DNA of 64,000 nt from Yuukianura sp. NJ FZ-2021. Its lineage: Eukaryota. Positions 1-13,100 of this stretch are shown one piece after another; position 1 is the first letter of the stretch, and each line of letters starts with the position of its first letter. The notes below the pieces were generated by a model that searched no databases, was not told where the DNA came from, and worked only from the letters and a program-made list of their open reading frames with translations. The position numbers and the translations under genes are program-made. Location: positions 620,001-684,000 of the forward strand of contig CM102284.1 of the NCBI GenBank assembly GCA_046563655.1, read 5' to 3'.

Positions 1-1427
1 ATATTACAATATATAAATATATCAGTAACTATTTAATAAGATTTTGCTTACAATTTATTGGTTCTTTTCTTTTCTAACTTGTTTGAAAACCAACACAAAT
101 TAAAATATATCTACTTTAATATATTACAATTTTCCTAAACGCTGGGTTTTCCCTTGCTCACTTTGTTGCTAATGGAAACACTTATGGAAAAAGTATTTAT
201 ATATTTTATAAATTATAAATAAATTTAATCAAATTGTGGGCCTAGAAGGTGTGTCTTTTGTCAGTTGTTGAATGACGGAGTAACCCAAAGTAAAGTCAAA
301 TATCCACGTAACGACTAATCGTGCGAGACAATTGAAATGCAAATATTCTGATAAACGTTTCATTTCAAGTGGAAATTCGCTACTGATTAAAATAACAAAG
401 GAATTGAGAAGTGACGCGATTTTGAAAAGTAAAAGCTGTATGAAGGGTATCAAAATTTTAAACTTCAGATGACGTGAACTATTTCAAAAAAAATATCAAA
501 AACTGGACTTACTGTGAAATTTTTTTTTTCTAATTTAACAAAAAACTAACCTTTGCCTAACTTTTTACCCAAAAAAAAGTCACTTTGTTTTTATTTTAAA
601 TAATTTCTGATGGTCAAAATTTTTGGTTGAATGTTAGCTCGAGTTTTGAATTTCAAATGTTCACATTTGAAATTGAACTTTTTTCGGGGTATGATGAGAC
701 GAACGGGCGATTTTTTGAAAAAAGTAGGTCACAAACAAATTAGCAGGAACGTAAAGTGTTAGTAAGAGTACTGGATATGTAATTATATAAATATTTAAAG
801 TTAATAATGCATTAGTTAAATCAATATACTTCATTCTGTACACTTCTTTTTTGCACATTGTACTCTTCTGGACAATTGCGTAGTGGATGACATAAATTTT
901 CCATCAGTTTTATCCAATTTTGTTTACGCAGATTTTCCACTTGTGAAATTACGTGCCACTGCTATCAAAATCTCTCAAAAAAAAAACTCTGAAGTTGTAC
1001 AGAACGGAAGTTTCTGTACAGAAAGTCAAAAAAAGAATTGACCTCACTGAGGAAAAATGCAACTTAAAAACAACAAGTTGACATTACTTTACTCTTAATC
1101 ACATCATTTCCTATTACATAATTTAAATAACACACAGACAAGATGACTAGAATGAATAACGCAGTTTTCGCTACTTAATAATTAATTGCCACTTGCGTAA
1201 TTAAGGAAATGTAAACTTAACTTTTTTTTAATGAATTTAACTTTCTTTCGTTTCTTACTTTTTCCTTGTCTGTTGCTATTTTTTCCCCACATCCTTTTCC
1301 TGCGTTTCTCCTAAAATTTAGAATTGCGAAAGTTTATTAACAGTCAAAACTAAATTTATTTTTACCAGTCGTTATTTAGTTGTGATTTTTAAAAGTTGAA
1401 CAAAAAATTTGAAATTACAAAGAGAAA

Positions 1428-1958
1428 ATGGCGATTCTTGTTCATTCAACAGCCTTTTTCGCTAAAACTCTGTGTTGCCTAGCAGTCGTTACATTCGTTA
1501 ATGCAAGAGTCTCAAACTTTAATGTAAGTTTGTTAATGTAATATAAATACAAGTATAAAATATAATATAAAATAATATATATAAATCGTAATAGTATGAA
1601 AAAATGGTTTGTTCAGGGCGACAACGATGTTGGTGCGGGAGATTTGAAACCACGGTGGAAGACGACTCTGCCACCAAGCTGGCTTCCGGCATTTCCCGGA
1701 AGAGAATTCGGTGAATACGAAGAGTATATAACAACGTACAAGCCAGTGACACCACGAACTTGGACGTACAAAACTTCAAGTACGGAAAGGTCAACTGAAA
1801 GGTCAACGACCTTTGACCCCTGGCTGACCTCTACTGACTTTTACTATGGCGGGGATTCGACCACTCCCGTTCCAAAAGCAAAACCACTTCCCTGGTACAA
1901 GAAATTCGGAAATTACGTCAAAAAACAGTACAACACAGTCAAGGAAAAAATTGGCTAA
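1428..1958 (+). CDS. Small secreted Thr/Pro-rich protein with a basic C-terminal helix (2 exons: 1428-1523, 1617-1958)
   Basis: ATG at 1428 gives a signal-peptide-like MAILVHSTAFFAKTLCCLAVVTFVNA. A phase-0 GT..AG intron 1524-1616 joins in frame to ORF 1596-1958. Confidence 0.75.
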
Positions 1959-2252
1959 AAGTGACGTCTTCCCAGAACTGAAATTTTCAAAAATTTTACA
2001 ACAGGAATGTTTTGAGTTTTTTTTCTTCAAAAGTTGGATTTTGGTTCAAAAATAAATTCTAAATGAGAAAAGAAAATGAAAATGAAATCACCTTGGCAAC
2101 CTAGCAACCTTATTTGTGATTGTTTTCTTACACCAAAGAAAATCACCTCTTATTTTTCCAAAACTTTATTTTTTCGAAACAAGTTTTTTACTTTCCAAAA
2201 TTTTCAAAAACTTCATTTTCTGAAATCAAAATCACAATTTTGAGAATCAAAA

Positions 2253-3368
2253 ATGACTCCTGTCATGAAAGTGGCTTCGTCCAAAAAGACTTTGGCCAAA
2301 ACCCAATTCAACGAGGCCTTGGCTGATGAACTTTGTAATACTTGTCACTTTACATCAGAAGAGGTAACATAAGCGCCAAAATACTTTAATTTGAATTTCA
2401 AAATTTTGGCGCCAATTTTTCCCTCTTCTTAGATTCGTGCCATTTTGCACCACTATGACGCTTTGACCAAAATGGGCAAGTTGGATCGTCTCCGTTTTCG
2501 TGAATTTCTGTTTTCCTGTTTCGAGCTCACTGATGATCTCATGCTCGACCTCATTTTTCGGTAAGCCAATCAAATCCAAGGAAATCCATCCTCAGCCAAT
2601 CAGAAACGACTTTCAATTTTCTTTGTTGTTTCCAGCGCTTTTGACCGAAATGCTGATGGTGTGGTAAGTTCCTATCCAGTTTTTTATGGTTTTGAGCAAA
2701 AGTCAAAGGTCAAGGGTCAAAAGTTGAAAAGGGTAAAGGTCAAAGGTAATTTTTTTTCAGGTTGACCAAAGTGAGTTCGTGAAGGGCCTGTCAGCGATGA
2801 TGCGTGGTGACGCTGATGAAGCGATCCTGTTTTGCTACACTGTTTACGACATGAATGGCGACGGATCGCTTGCGCGGGAGGAACTCCATCAGTGTTTGAA
2901 GGGCTGTTTTATCCCTGGATACGGTGGACTGGACTACGACGACATTGACGATGCAGAGAGAGACATTGTGGAAATGGCCATGCGCAAACTGGATGTGAAC
3001 AGAGATGGCCAAATCACTTTTGATGACTTCAAAAATGCTGCTCACATTGACCCACTGCTGGTCCAGGCTTGTGGTCCATGTCTCGTGAGTCCAAAGTGCA
3101 TGGCACGCTTTCTGTACACTGTCAGTTGGGAGTACCGTGGCTACACTTCTGAACTTCTCAACAGTAAGAACCAATTAATTAGTTTTTAGACTGATTAATT
3201 ACTTTTTATGATTTATTTGTTATGTTATTAATATATTTAGATTCTGGTGGTCTGCGCAGCACCAAGTCCAGAGCCTCTCGTCGTGAGTCGACCATGGGCC
3301 TCGTGCCAAGCGTAGCTGCGGCTGCGCAAGCACAGGTACATGCCAAGGAAAAGCCAGTCAGCAAGTAG
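2253..3368 (+). CDS. EFCAB1: EF-hand calcium-binding protein, calaxin/EFCAB1-like (5 exons)
   Basis: Spliced peptide LDRLRFREFLFSCFELTDDLMLDLIFRAFDRNADGVVD...FCYTVYDMNGDGSLAREE...KLDVNRDGQITFDDF...LLVQACGPCL follows the calaxin/EFCAB1 motif order. Canonical splice sites; TAG at 3366-3368. Confidence 0.85.
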
Positions 3369-3929
3369 GAGCAACGGAAAAGGTCAAAGGTCAACCCAAC
3401 AAGTTCAAGCAAAACATTTGGGCTTTCTAAATTTTCGGTCTTTTCAAAGTCGTTTTGTTTGAAAAACATGATTCTCAATAATTCAGTCCAAAATTTTGAG
3501 TAAAAATGACAACAATTCCATAAAAATCAGGACTTTATTTCAAAATCGACAATCGTTTCAGGATTTGATGTCAAAATTATTTTAAAATCACAGAGTAGAA
3601 GCAAAATGTGAAACACATTTTATTTTAAAAGAGGAAATAAGTTATTTTATACAATTTTGAGGCTTTACACATGTAAAACATTTTATTTTTTAAAAAGGAA
3701 ATGATTGTTTTGTTGTTCTATAGAATTTTATAGAATTTATGCGGCTTTAAAAAGGCGAAACTTCTGTATAGTAAATTTCGAGTTTCTGAAAATTCTGGTC
3801 AAAAAAGTAAGTAAACCAATGAATGAAGAATCTATTTAGTATCTCCTACTGTTGTTTAAAAACAAAATCAACAGAAGTTAAAATAATGTTGTAATATGGT
3901 GAAATCTGTAAAGGACAAAGAAACGACTA

Positions 3930-6928
3930 CTACACACATTCAAAATAACCTCCATTTGACTCGCAACCTTTTTCACCGCAACAGTCCCCAAAAACATCAC
4001 AACGGTCTCCCGGCAGGTTACACTTCTTCTGGATAAACAAATTTAAAATATTTAGAAATAGAGTATTTAAAAAAGTGGCAGAACTCTTTTAAACTCAAAT
4101 TGAGTTACTTACCTCCATCTTCTGTAAGCACAGTCCATGCTGGCAACTGTCAGTGGAAAAGCAGCAACGATCGACGGAGGAATCGCAAGTGCCCCAGGTC
4201 CTGACGCACTTCCGGCAGCGTCCATCGGATCCACAAAACCCTTTAGAATATTCATTGTAGCCACAACTGCCTACACTGCAACGATTTTTACAAACGCGAG
4301 TCGTTCCGAATGCCTCGCAGATTTGTGCCCTTGGGCAATCAGAGTCCTTTTTACACTCTTTTTTCGCTGTGCACATTCCACCGACGCAGTTGCATCCTGC
4401 ACATGCGCAGCACTCCCCTTTCCTGCTGCAGCGATTTCCCTCTCTCCTGCATTTCGTGCACTTCGAGTCCTTGCAGAATAATTGCGCAGACGCACACTCG
4501 GAATCGGCTTCACACGCCTTGCAACGTCCATCAATACATGCTTGTCCATCGTCGCAGTTTATTTGTTTGGTGCAGTTCTAGAAACCAAAACTAATGTTAG
4601 AAATTACTTGAAAACCAAACGAAAATAGAAATTTTTTCGCAACCATTGGTTTGACTTGACATGTGTTGTTAATGCACTCGTGATATCCATAACAACAGTC
4701 AGTGTCCTTTTTTCCGCATGGACCGCCAGTTTGCGAACATCGAGTACAATGTCCGTTCGCAGTACAAAAAGAGCCAAACCCAAGCATGTTCGTACATCGG
4801 GGTTGCTTGCAACGTTCTGCGCAGTACTTGCCCTTTTTAAACTGTTGGCAAACATGGGAGATTCCACATTGTTTGTCGTTTGTGCAACGCTTCGTGCATC
4901 TCTTATCATGGCATTCGCACTCAGGGCATAAGCAACATTCTTCTATTCTTTTGCATTGTCCCATGTAGGCGGAACACTCACGGCAACCTGAACCGTATAA
5001 AAACTGGCCCGATGGACAGGTTTGTTCTTTCTAGAATAAAATAGTCGAAATTAATCCAACTACACATTTAGTAATATGTACAAATATGTCTATATCCTAT
5101 ACGTAAACCTCATGTCGTGAAGGAAAAAAAAACAAAATCGACAAGCCAACATTTTGGCATCATAGCCAAATTAACATATTTTATTAAGGTAAATGCAGTC
5201 ACGGTATAGCAGCATGGGTCTTTATCGTCGCAGTGTCTACTTTCAGTGTAAATGCCGCCCGAGCAGCGGTTACAACGTTGAGCTGTGACGTTCCAGTAAT
5301 AGCCTTCACTACAGAATCCTCGCTTTTGGCGGTTGGCGATCTAGAATCAAATAGTAGAGATTAATTATTCTAATTGCAAATTTAGTAACATGTACATGTG
5401 GTGTATATTCTGCATGTCATGTGTGCATCTGTTGTAACCACCATAACTAAGTAGCGAATTGTACAGGAAACTGTTAGTGAGGGTTACAGTCATACATTTG
5501 AAACACCAGGTCAAAGCTCAAGCTCAGCTTCACAATAGTTGTCTCAATTAGATGAACAACTTTTGTAAAGCTCGTTTTCGCAATTTCCGTAAAAAAAAAG
5601 TACTTGACCTTGACCTTTGACCCGGAAGTGGCCCACTTTCGGTGGAACCTGAAACCACTTCATCACACTCAGAGCATGAGGCTTCCACCTGTGAAGACAA
5701 ATGGTAGATCGGTCTGAATGTTCTTGAGTTATTGACGCGCGTAGCAGAAGCGAATACATTTAGAAATTTGCGGTGTCTACATCTCCGAACGGTAGGTCAA
5801 AGGTCAATGTAATCTACAAAAAAGTTGTTTGTGTTTGAACAACTTTTACATAGGTCATTTTTTTCGCTTTCCGTGAGAAGGGAACTTGACCTTGACCTTT
5901 GACCCGGAAGTTGTCCATTTTCAGTCAAACTATAGAAACAACTTGAACTAGGCCATGAGGCATCTGTCTGTGCACCAAGGTTGCTATAGCAACCAAATTC
6001 TATATGCTACAAGAGGTTGTCCAGTAACTCGTGCTTTTCAGAAATCTGGCTTCAAACAATTTTTTCCTCCAATTCTCCTCCATTCGCATTTACGTTACAT
6101 GCAAAAATTACCATAGAAAAACAGATTTGCTATTTTCAAACAAATTTTAAAACTTCCAGTTACTGGACAACCTGGTGTAGATTGTTTGCTTACGAACCTT
6201 GCTGTGAACACAGATTGGAAATCGGTCCAGCGGTTCTAGAGTTTTGGCTTAGAGTAGACAGACAGACAGATGGACAGGCAGACATGGACAAAAACATAAA
6301 GTAGCAAACTACTGTCGCCACTTATTGACGTGACAACTTGCATTGGAGATGCATTACATACATCTTTTCCACTTGGACGGCCAGTTGTCGAAGGTGTTAT
6401 ACAATGTCCTGTCGCATCACACAACGTCCCATTCAAAGCCTTGTACCGACACCCGGTTCGCGTGCACCTGCCAATGCAGTACTTCCCATCTGTAAACTCT
6501 TGGCAAACAGATAGGCCTTTTCTACATTGTTTGTCATCTGTACAACGTCTACTGCATCCTCCAGCACGGCATTCGCAGTTAGGGCATGCGCAACATTTTT
6601 CAGTTTGATCGCAGAAGTTGGATTCGCTCAAGCATCGAACACAGCGTCCCTGTGCTGTGTTTAAGTAATAACCTGCTTTACAGTCGTCAGAAAGCTTATA
6701 AGTTGGATTCGTGATTTCCTAGAATAAAATAGTAGAAATTAGTTAATCTAATTGCACATTTAGTAATATGTACATATATGTTCTGTATGCTATGTATACA
6801 TCACTAACAATATTAAAATAATAATAAAATAATAGACGTACAGAGTCGAGAGTAATGTTGAAAGCCGTTGAAGTGGGGAGCGTATAGAGTAGGGCCGCAG
6901 CAAAGAGGATTTCCTTGAAAAACTTCAT
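3930..6928 (-). CDS. Secreted modular cysteine-rich protein with repeated knottin (ICK-like C-C-CC-C-C) units; two internal exons look degenerate
   Basis: Signal exon 6928-6842 (MKFFKEILFAAALLYTLPTSTA). Phase-0 exons start at 6718 and 5340; intact exons 5030-4644, 4577-4113 and 4028-3930 (KKCNLPGDRCDVFGDCCGEKGCESNGGYFECV*). The exons starting at 6718 and 5340 lose the Cys pattern at their 3' ends. Confidence 0.65.
5500..6295. mobile_element. Non-autonomous repeat, possibly Helentron/DINE-1-like, inside the Cys-rich gene
   Basis: Internal direct repeat (gaacaactttt...cttgaccttgacctttgacccggaagt at ~5553-5630 and ~5837-5911) and a GACA/GGACA microsatellite at ~6257-6290. Segment ~6006-6200 resembles ~48402-48665. 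Boundaries approximate. Confidence 0.45.
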
Positions 6929-8471
6929 TTTGAAGTAAACTAATAATTAGTTACTTGTGGAATTATTAGAGAATGGGAGACTTGTTGTTGTTTCAGTTTG
7001 TAGCACAAATTAAACCAGCGTCCTCCAATTAATATTCCACAATTAAACGTTTATCACAAGCAGCTTAATTGGTGGTTTAGCGATTGCTCAATTTTGAGCA
7101 CACTGCTTTGCCTTACACCTTTGAAAACTAATAGTATGCTGTTCAACAACACTCGACCTAATTGTCCTTGTCTTCTTCTACCAACTGAATAATTTCAGTT
7201 TTTCTGTTATCGCCACGTCAATGTTGTGTATTTCTAATATTTTTACAAGATGTGGCTCCTCCTGAATTGTGATATTTCCAGTAACTATAAATACCTCCAA
7301 AAACATCATTGCAATTCAAATTTTTGAACAAAATTCATAACAACGTATTAGCTTTTGGTTCTGCTTGTTTTCCATTTAATTTTCCGTGTGAAGCTTTATA
7401 CCAATATTAGTAGTTTCCGGCGCCACGAAATGCCAATCATACAGAGGTCACACAACGCAAGCTCTCAAGTTTTCTACGATTGACTTAATCCTTGTGGAAA
7501 AAATATTCTGCACGTTATGGTAGAACTCGGAAACAACCACGCGAATTACTTAAGAACTAAAAATTTGAAATCGTTGAAAAACATTCATGTTAAATCCAGT
7601 GTGAGCCAATCACAAACGACTTTGAATTTTTTCTCGTTTCATTCCCTTTTGAGTGAAATGCTGATAGGCTTCGAGCCCGAAGAGAAGGCAATTCTAAATT
7701 TAAAAAAAAAATCATTTTCAATAAAAAACGAACTTTAAAACAGTTTTTTTTGGAAAAACTTTCTGCTTTTCTATTAATTGTGATTGAGTAAGATTTTTGA
7801 AATTTTATTTTTGAAATGTATTGCCTTCTTCCTGTCACTTGGCTGACAGGAGCTTTGGAATGCCTGATTCTGGAAGCTACCTGATCCCGGGACGGCTTAA
7901 TTGAATTCAGAAGCACTTCCGTCCGATTTATCAGATTAAGAGTCCATTCCCTCAAAATGAGGATTTCCTCAAAGTCTAAGAGGACCACGACTTTCCAACC
8001 CTCAATTCTTGACTTTAAATCCATCCTCCTTTCAAATCCTCATCTTTTGATGGTAATAGTAAAATCCTCGTTTTTCAATCCTCATTTTAAAATCCTCCTT
8101 TTCTTATTTTCGTTCAAAAACATGAAAAAAAAAAGAAATATTCAGCTCAAAACTGACTCTGGAGGATTAATTCAAATCTTGTGAGAAGTAAAATGGAACT
8201 TTTCAATTTTCTGGAATTTTTTTTTTCACATTTGTTGACGAAACGCACATTAAGGAAATCCTCATTTTGGTCAAAGTCTAAACCTAGTGAAGCGTAGGAT
8301 GGGATTCGGGAAATGATGATCCACTTTCCTTTTCCTTCGTAACTGGAATCAATACTTTGCGCTGACGCAGCGCTGCTTTGTTCTTCATCGATCTGAGGCT
8401 GGAAAGAGCGAGAAGCGATTTCAGCTTTCCGTAGGTTCAAATCGCTGGGATTTCAGCGATTCAGTTGCAAA

Positions 8472-9521
8472 ATGGCAATACACTGGTCCACACCCTTGGC
8501 ACTTCTTGTGTCATTGGCCATCGTCCAGGCCAGGCCACCGAGTCTCTACTGGCCAAGTAGCGGTGAGCCACATACGGTCCAAACACGGTGAGAAAAAACG
8601 GCGTCACTGTCATCGTGTTTTCAAAAATCTGTCTGAAAAAGAAATTTCGAAATTTTGGAATTGAACTTTTTCGAAACTTTTTTTTATTTTTAATTTCAGA
8701 ACTCACTTGGACGACACTGCTCTGACAGGGTTGAACGAAAACGAGCTGGAGACTTTGTTGTATCTTTTGGACAAAGTGGACCGCCCACGCGTCGTGCCCA
8801 ACCAGCAGCAACAAGAACACTACGCCTACGCCCATCCGTACTACGACAATCGCAACAAACGGACTGGTCACCATGGCGACAGCATCCATGCTGCATCAAA
8901 GAAGGCAGTTGATTGGTCAGACTACTTTGGAATTGACAAGAGAGAGGTCAAGGTCACTGAAAACGAAGAGGTCAAGGTCAATGACCTTGAAACCGGAGAG
9001 GTCGCCAAGGTCAATGACCTTGAAGCAGCGACAACCTCAGCACCAGCCACTCCCGTTCCGGATGCAAAAACAGACAAAGAGCGGGAAGAGATTTTGAAAG
9101 AGTTTTACACAAACATGGCCATGGCGGCAAACGTACGTCGCAAGAGGGCAGTACGATCGCATCCGTAAGTCGTTTTAACAAAAAATGAAAATTTTTGAAT
9201 TTTTTTCAAAATTTTGAAAATTTCAGGATTGACAAAGACATGACGAAAGTGGGGGACAACTTGATCTGGGACGCTGTCAAGTTGACAGGGGCCCACCGAG
9301 ATGAAAAACTGAGCAAAGACGAATTTAAACAACTGAAGAAGGAACTCATTCGCAGAATTGGAGCAGCTTATGAGTAACTTAAACCATAATTTTCAAACTT
9401 TTCAAAATTTCAATTTTTTCTTTAAATTTTAACTTTTTTAACTTTTAGTTTGGAAAAGCTCAGACATGTTTTGGAAGGCGGGAACTTGTTGAAGTTTGCC
9501 ACCAAGAGAACGGGACAATAA
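8472..9521 (+). CDS. Neuropeptide precursor, prohormone-2/NVP-like (4 exons)
   Basis: Signal peptide MAIHWSTPLALLVSLAIVQA, several dibasic sites (KR, KK, RRKR), and motifs KKAVDWSDYFGIDKR, AVKLTGAH and AAYDLEKLR recalled from insect prohormone-2/NVP-like precursors. Exons splice in frame; TAA at 9519-9521. Confidence 0.7.
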
Positions 9522-10136
9522 ACTTTTAATTTGTAGACACGAGAGAGCCACCGCCTACGGAATAGCTTAAGCCACCACCGCCGCCCCACCACTTAATCCA
9601 CATTCTCTATGTAATAAATTCATAAAAAAAATTTCAAAAAACTTTTTTTCGAAAAACTTTTTTTTTAGTTGAAATTTCAATTTAATTGAGATTAATTTCA
9701 ATAGGAGTTTTTATACATAAAGTTCTCGCACCAAATTAATTAGTATTCACCTAACAATTAATTGCAGCCTTTTGAATTCAGATCGCACGAAGATAAAGCA
9801 CTGAAGCTTGAGTTAAAGCCAAAGTTTCATGTTAGCACCCTACTATTTAGTTTATAGACGGCTTGTGGCAGGTCAAAGGTTAAAGGTCAATCGACCTTTT
9901 CATCAAGGACTGGCAAGGTCAGAGGTCAAAGGTCACTGTGTTAATAGCTGCCTATTAGGTATACATTTCTGCTAAAAAGAGAACTTCAAAGAAAATACCT
10001 AGCACCCAAAGTTCCTGTCACCGGTACATTTAAATTCTAACTCAATTAGTTAAACAATTAGTTAACGGGAGTTACGATGAAGGTCAAAGGTCACTCTGTA
10101 AAGGTCAAAGGTCATTCCAGAGAGGTCAAAGGTCAC

Positions 10137-13100
10137 TCACTGGACGAGTGGATAGTAGTTAGTAAGGGAAGTTCCAGTGACAAAGTCGTCCAGAGGAATA
10201 AATGCTTGCCCAATATTCGGCGACTTTCGCAAAAACTTCTTGTCACAAACCTGCACAAAAAAAATCGAAAAAAAAAAGTTTCTGTCACAATAACAATCAT
10301 AACGAGAAAGAAACAAAGTTCGAAATATGATATTTCTTCTTTGAGTTTCGAAATTTGAATTTTTTTTTCAACTTACTTGGACATGAAGTGTTTTTCCACG
10401 CAAATCCAACAGTGGGAAATCAAATCTCTCGTCGTAAATGGGATCCGTTTGGTCTTTCTGTGCCTCTGTCTTGTGCTTTTTGCTTTTTTCTGGCAAAACG
10501 TACATCTTGACATAGGGATCAGGCAGCTCATCTTTGTAAACCGGCAGTCCATTTACATTGATAACCACGACAACGAGAGTCTGTGTCTGCGCACTACAAC
10601 ATTTTCAAAAATAAATTTAGAATCCCAATTTCAAAATTTCAAATTTTTTTTTTAATTTCACCTGTATCTTATAGTCAGTTTGATCTTCATTTCATCTGGA
10701 GCATGTGTATCAGCTCTCATCGCCAAAGTCGTCGGCGGAGAAGCAGCCAATGCCGTGTTTTCATGAGCCGCTGCCACATTTTCATCTTGGAGTGACGACA
10801 AAGACGGTTCAGCCGAACCTTCACGTGACCCGGCCGGTTGCTGTGGCAACAACGGCTCGTTTTCGGCTGGAGGCGGAGCTTCTGGCTGTGGCTCCTCCTC
10901 CTCTTGTCGTTCCCGCTCTTTTTCCATTTCCTGTTCCCATTCTCCCTTGCCGTAACCATGGAGAACACGAAGTTTCATGTCCAGAGTCACTCTGGCTTCT
11001 CCGCGAGCATTCAAAACGAGATTCTGCTTCTCCAAGGTCATTTTGGGCCGACCAAAGACCGTGTCCAGACTTTTCTTCAAACTTCCCAGTTCACCACCGG
11101 ACTTCTTATCCATCATTTTGATTATGAGTGTGTCTGTCAGTGGATTGTTCACAAGAAAGTGAAAAGTTTCTTCAAAAACGGGAGAATCCGTTTTCTCCAG
11201 CACAACTGACTCATGTTGCTTCTTCCCCACGGATAGAATAGCGTATGGATCAGGTTTATGTCCTTCTTTTGCATGCTGAAATTCAAAAAAAAAAACAACT
11301 TGTGATGTTCAGGTACTCACATGGCATGAGAGACAAAGAATGACAGTAAAAAATAGAGCTCCGAGTAGGACTCGAACGCATAACTCTCTTCACTCCGAGG
11401 AGAGCTCTACCCATTGGGCTATCCTGCTCCTTTGCGATTTTGGCAGGAGAACGGTTGCTTTGCTACATAAAAATTTTCAAAAAAAAAAATTAGAAATTCA
11501 AATTCCCGTGTTACCGGTAGGTTCTTGGCGGAATCCAGTCGGACCGTGAGTAAAGCCGAAGCGAGTCCATAGACCTGTCCATTCTCAATGGCCTCCTTAA
11601 CCTCAGCCTGATTTTCAGAAAATCCGAGCCAGGACAGCCTAAGATGAATTTGACCTTTCTTGACATCTTCCAGTTCCAGCCAGAGGTCAACCACACCCTC
11701 GTTTCTCACCAAAGTCAGGTCAACCGATCCCCTGAGACGGAAAACCATCACAATTAAACACAAAATTCAAAAGTTTAAAGAAAAAAAACACTAACACAAC
11801 GTTTTAAAGCAACTAAAGCCATTCAGGAACTGGAAAAGCAGAATCAGTTGAAAAATTATCAGGAAACTGAGAAAAACTGAAAGTAAAAATAAGAAGTAAA
11901 AGTGTGTAAAAAGTGAAAAATGGAAAACAAAATTTTGAAAGCGGAAAGTTAAGACAACCCACCGCCCCAGGAAATCATCGTTGACCCCGGGCAATCCGGG
12001 GTCATAGTCGTACACTTCTAGAAGCAGTTTTTGTTCGACGGAACACACCAGAGCCTGGAACCAGAAAATTTTTGAAAAATTTCGAACAGAAACAGATGTT
12101 TTAAAAAAATAATAAAAAAAAACAGATTTTGAAACTAACACCCCGAAAAGCACAGAATAGTGCCCTGTAAGAGACGGAGAATTTGACATAGACGTCTAAA
12201 AGTGACTAAAAAAAAAGACTAAAAGTGGCTAAAAAGCACCCGAAAATCCATGTGCCCAGGAACCAGAGTGAAAAAAATTTTGAACAAAACGTTTTTTTTA
12301 AAACCTTCCAAGAAATTCGTCTGAGCCTGGAGCGTCGTCTTTGTCATACACGGAGAAGTTTAGGGTTTGGCCAAGTTCTTCAACTAGCATCTGGTTAGAC
12401 CAATATTCTTAAACTTTTAGCTTAACTTCAAAATTCCGAAAATGTTACACAAAAATTATTTTTCGAAAAAAAAAAGTTTAAAACAGAAACAGCGGGAATT
12501 GTTTACCTCACAGTAAAAGTCCCATTTCGGATTGACCGAGTTGTTGATAACTTTGGATTTGAATTGCTGCGCTCCGACGCTCAGAATAACATAGGGGTCA
12601 CTCTTGCCTGTTCCAAGGACTCCAACCTGAACAAAAACGATCGAAATTTTGAAAAATTTCGAAAAATTGAAAAAACGTAAAATTAAGTGACAGTACATCT
12701 TTTTTGAGGAGATTCTTCGCCTCGATGGCACAGACACGAATGACACCTTTGGGCTCAGTCGCACAAGTATCTCTGGGATTGACCGACTCGGACAACGGAA
12801 TAAACATTTTGTTCGGCAACACAACCCTGCAAGCAACATTGTATCACGTTCAAAGGACGCATGGCTTGGGAGACAAAGAACAAAAGTGTAAAAAAAAATA
12901 AGAGACCGGATGGGATTCGAACCCACTCGGATTCTACCCAGGCAGCACTCTAACCATTGAGCTATCAGGCTCCATTCTAGAAATTCTCGAAATTGGAGGA
13001 CCGGACAAGGTATACGTGACGATTAACATGTCAAATGATCTTACATGGCCGCAATTTGTTCCTGGACGATTCGTCGGATAAGATCGGACAGTCCCGGCAT

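Noticed and set aside
229-965. Possible minus-strand exons near the window start
   Set aside because: Some AG/GT-bounded segments, but no consistent frame, start or recognisable product.
7950-8272. 16-bp inverted repeat AAAATGAGGATTTCCT / AGGAAATCCTCATTTT
   Set aside because: Possibly a decayed MITE, but no TSD or second copy in the window.
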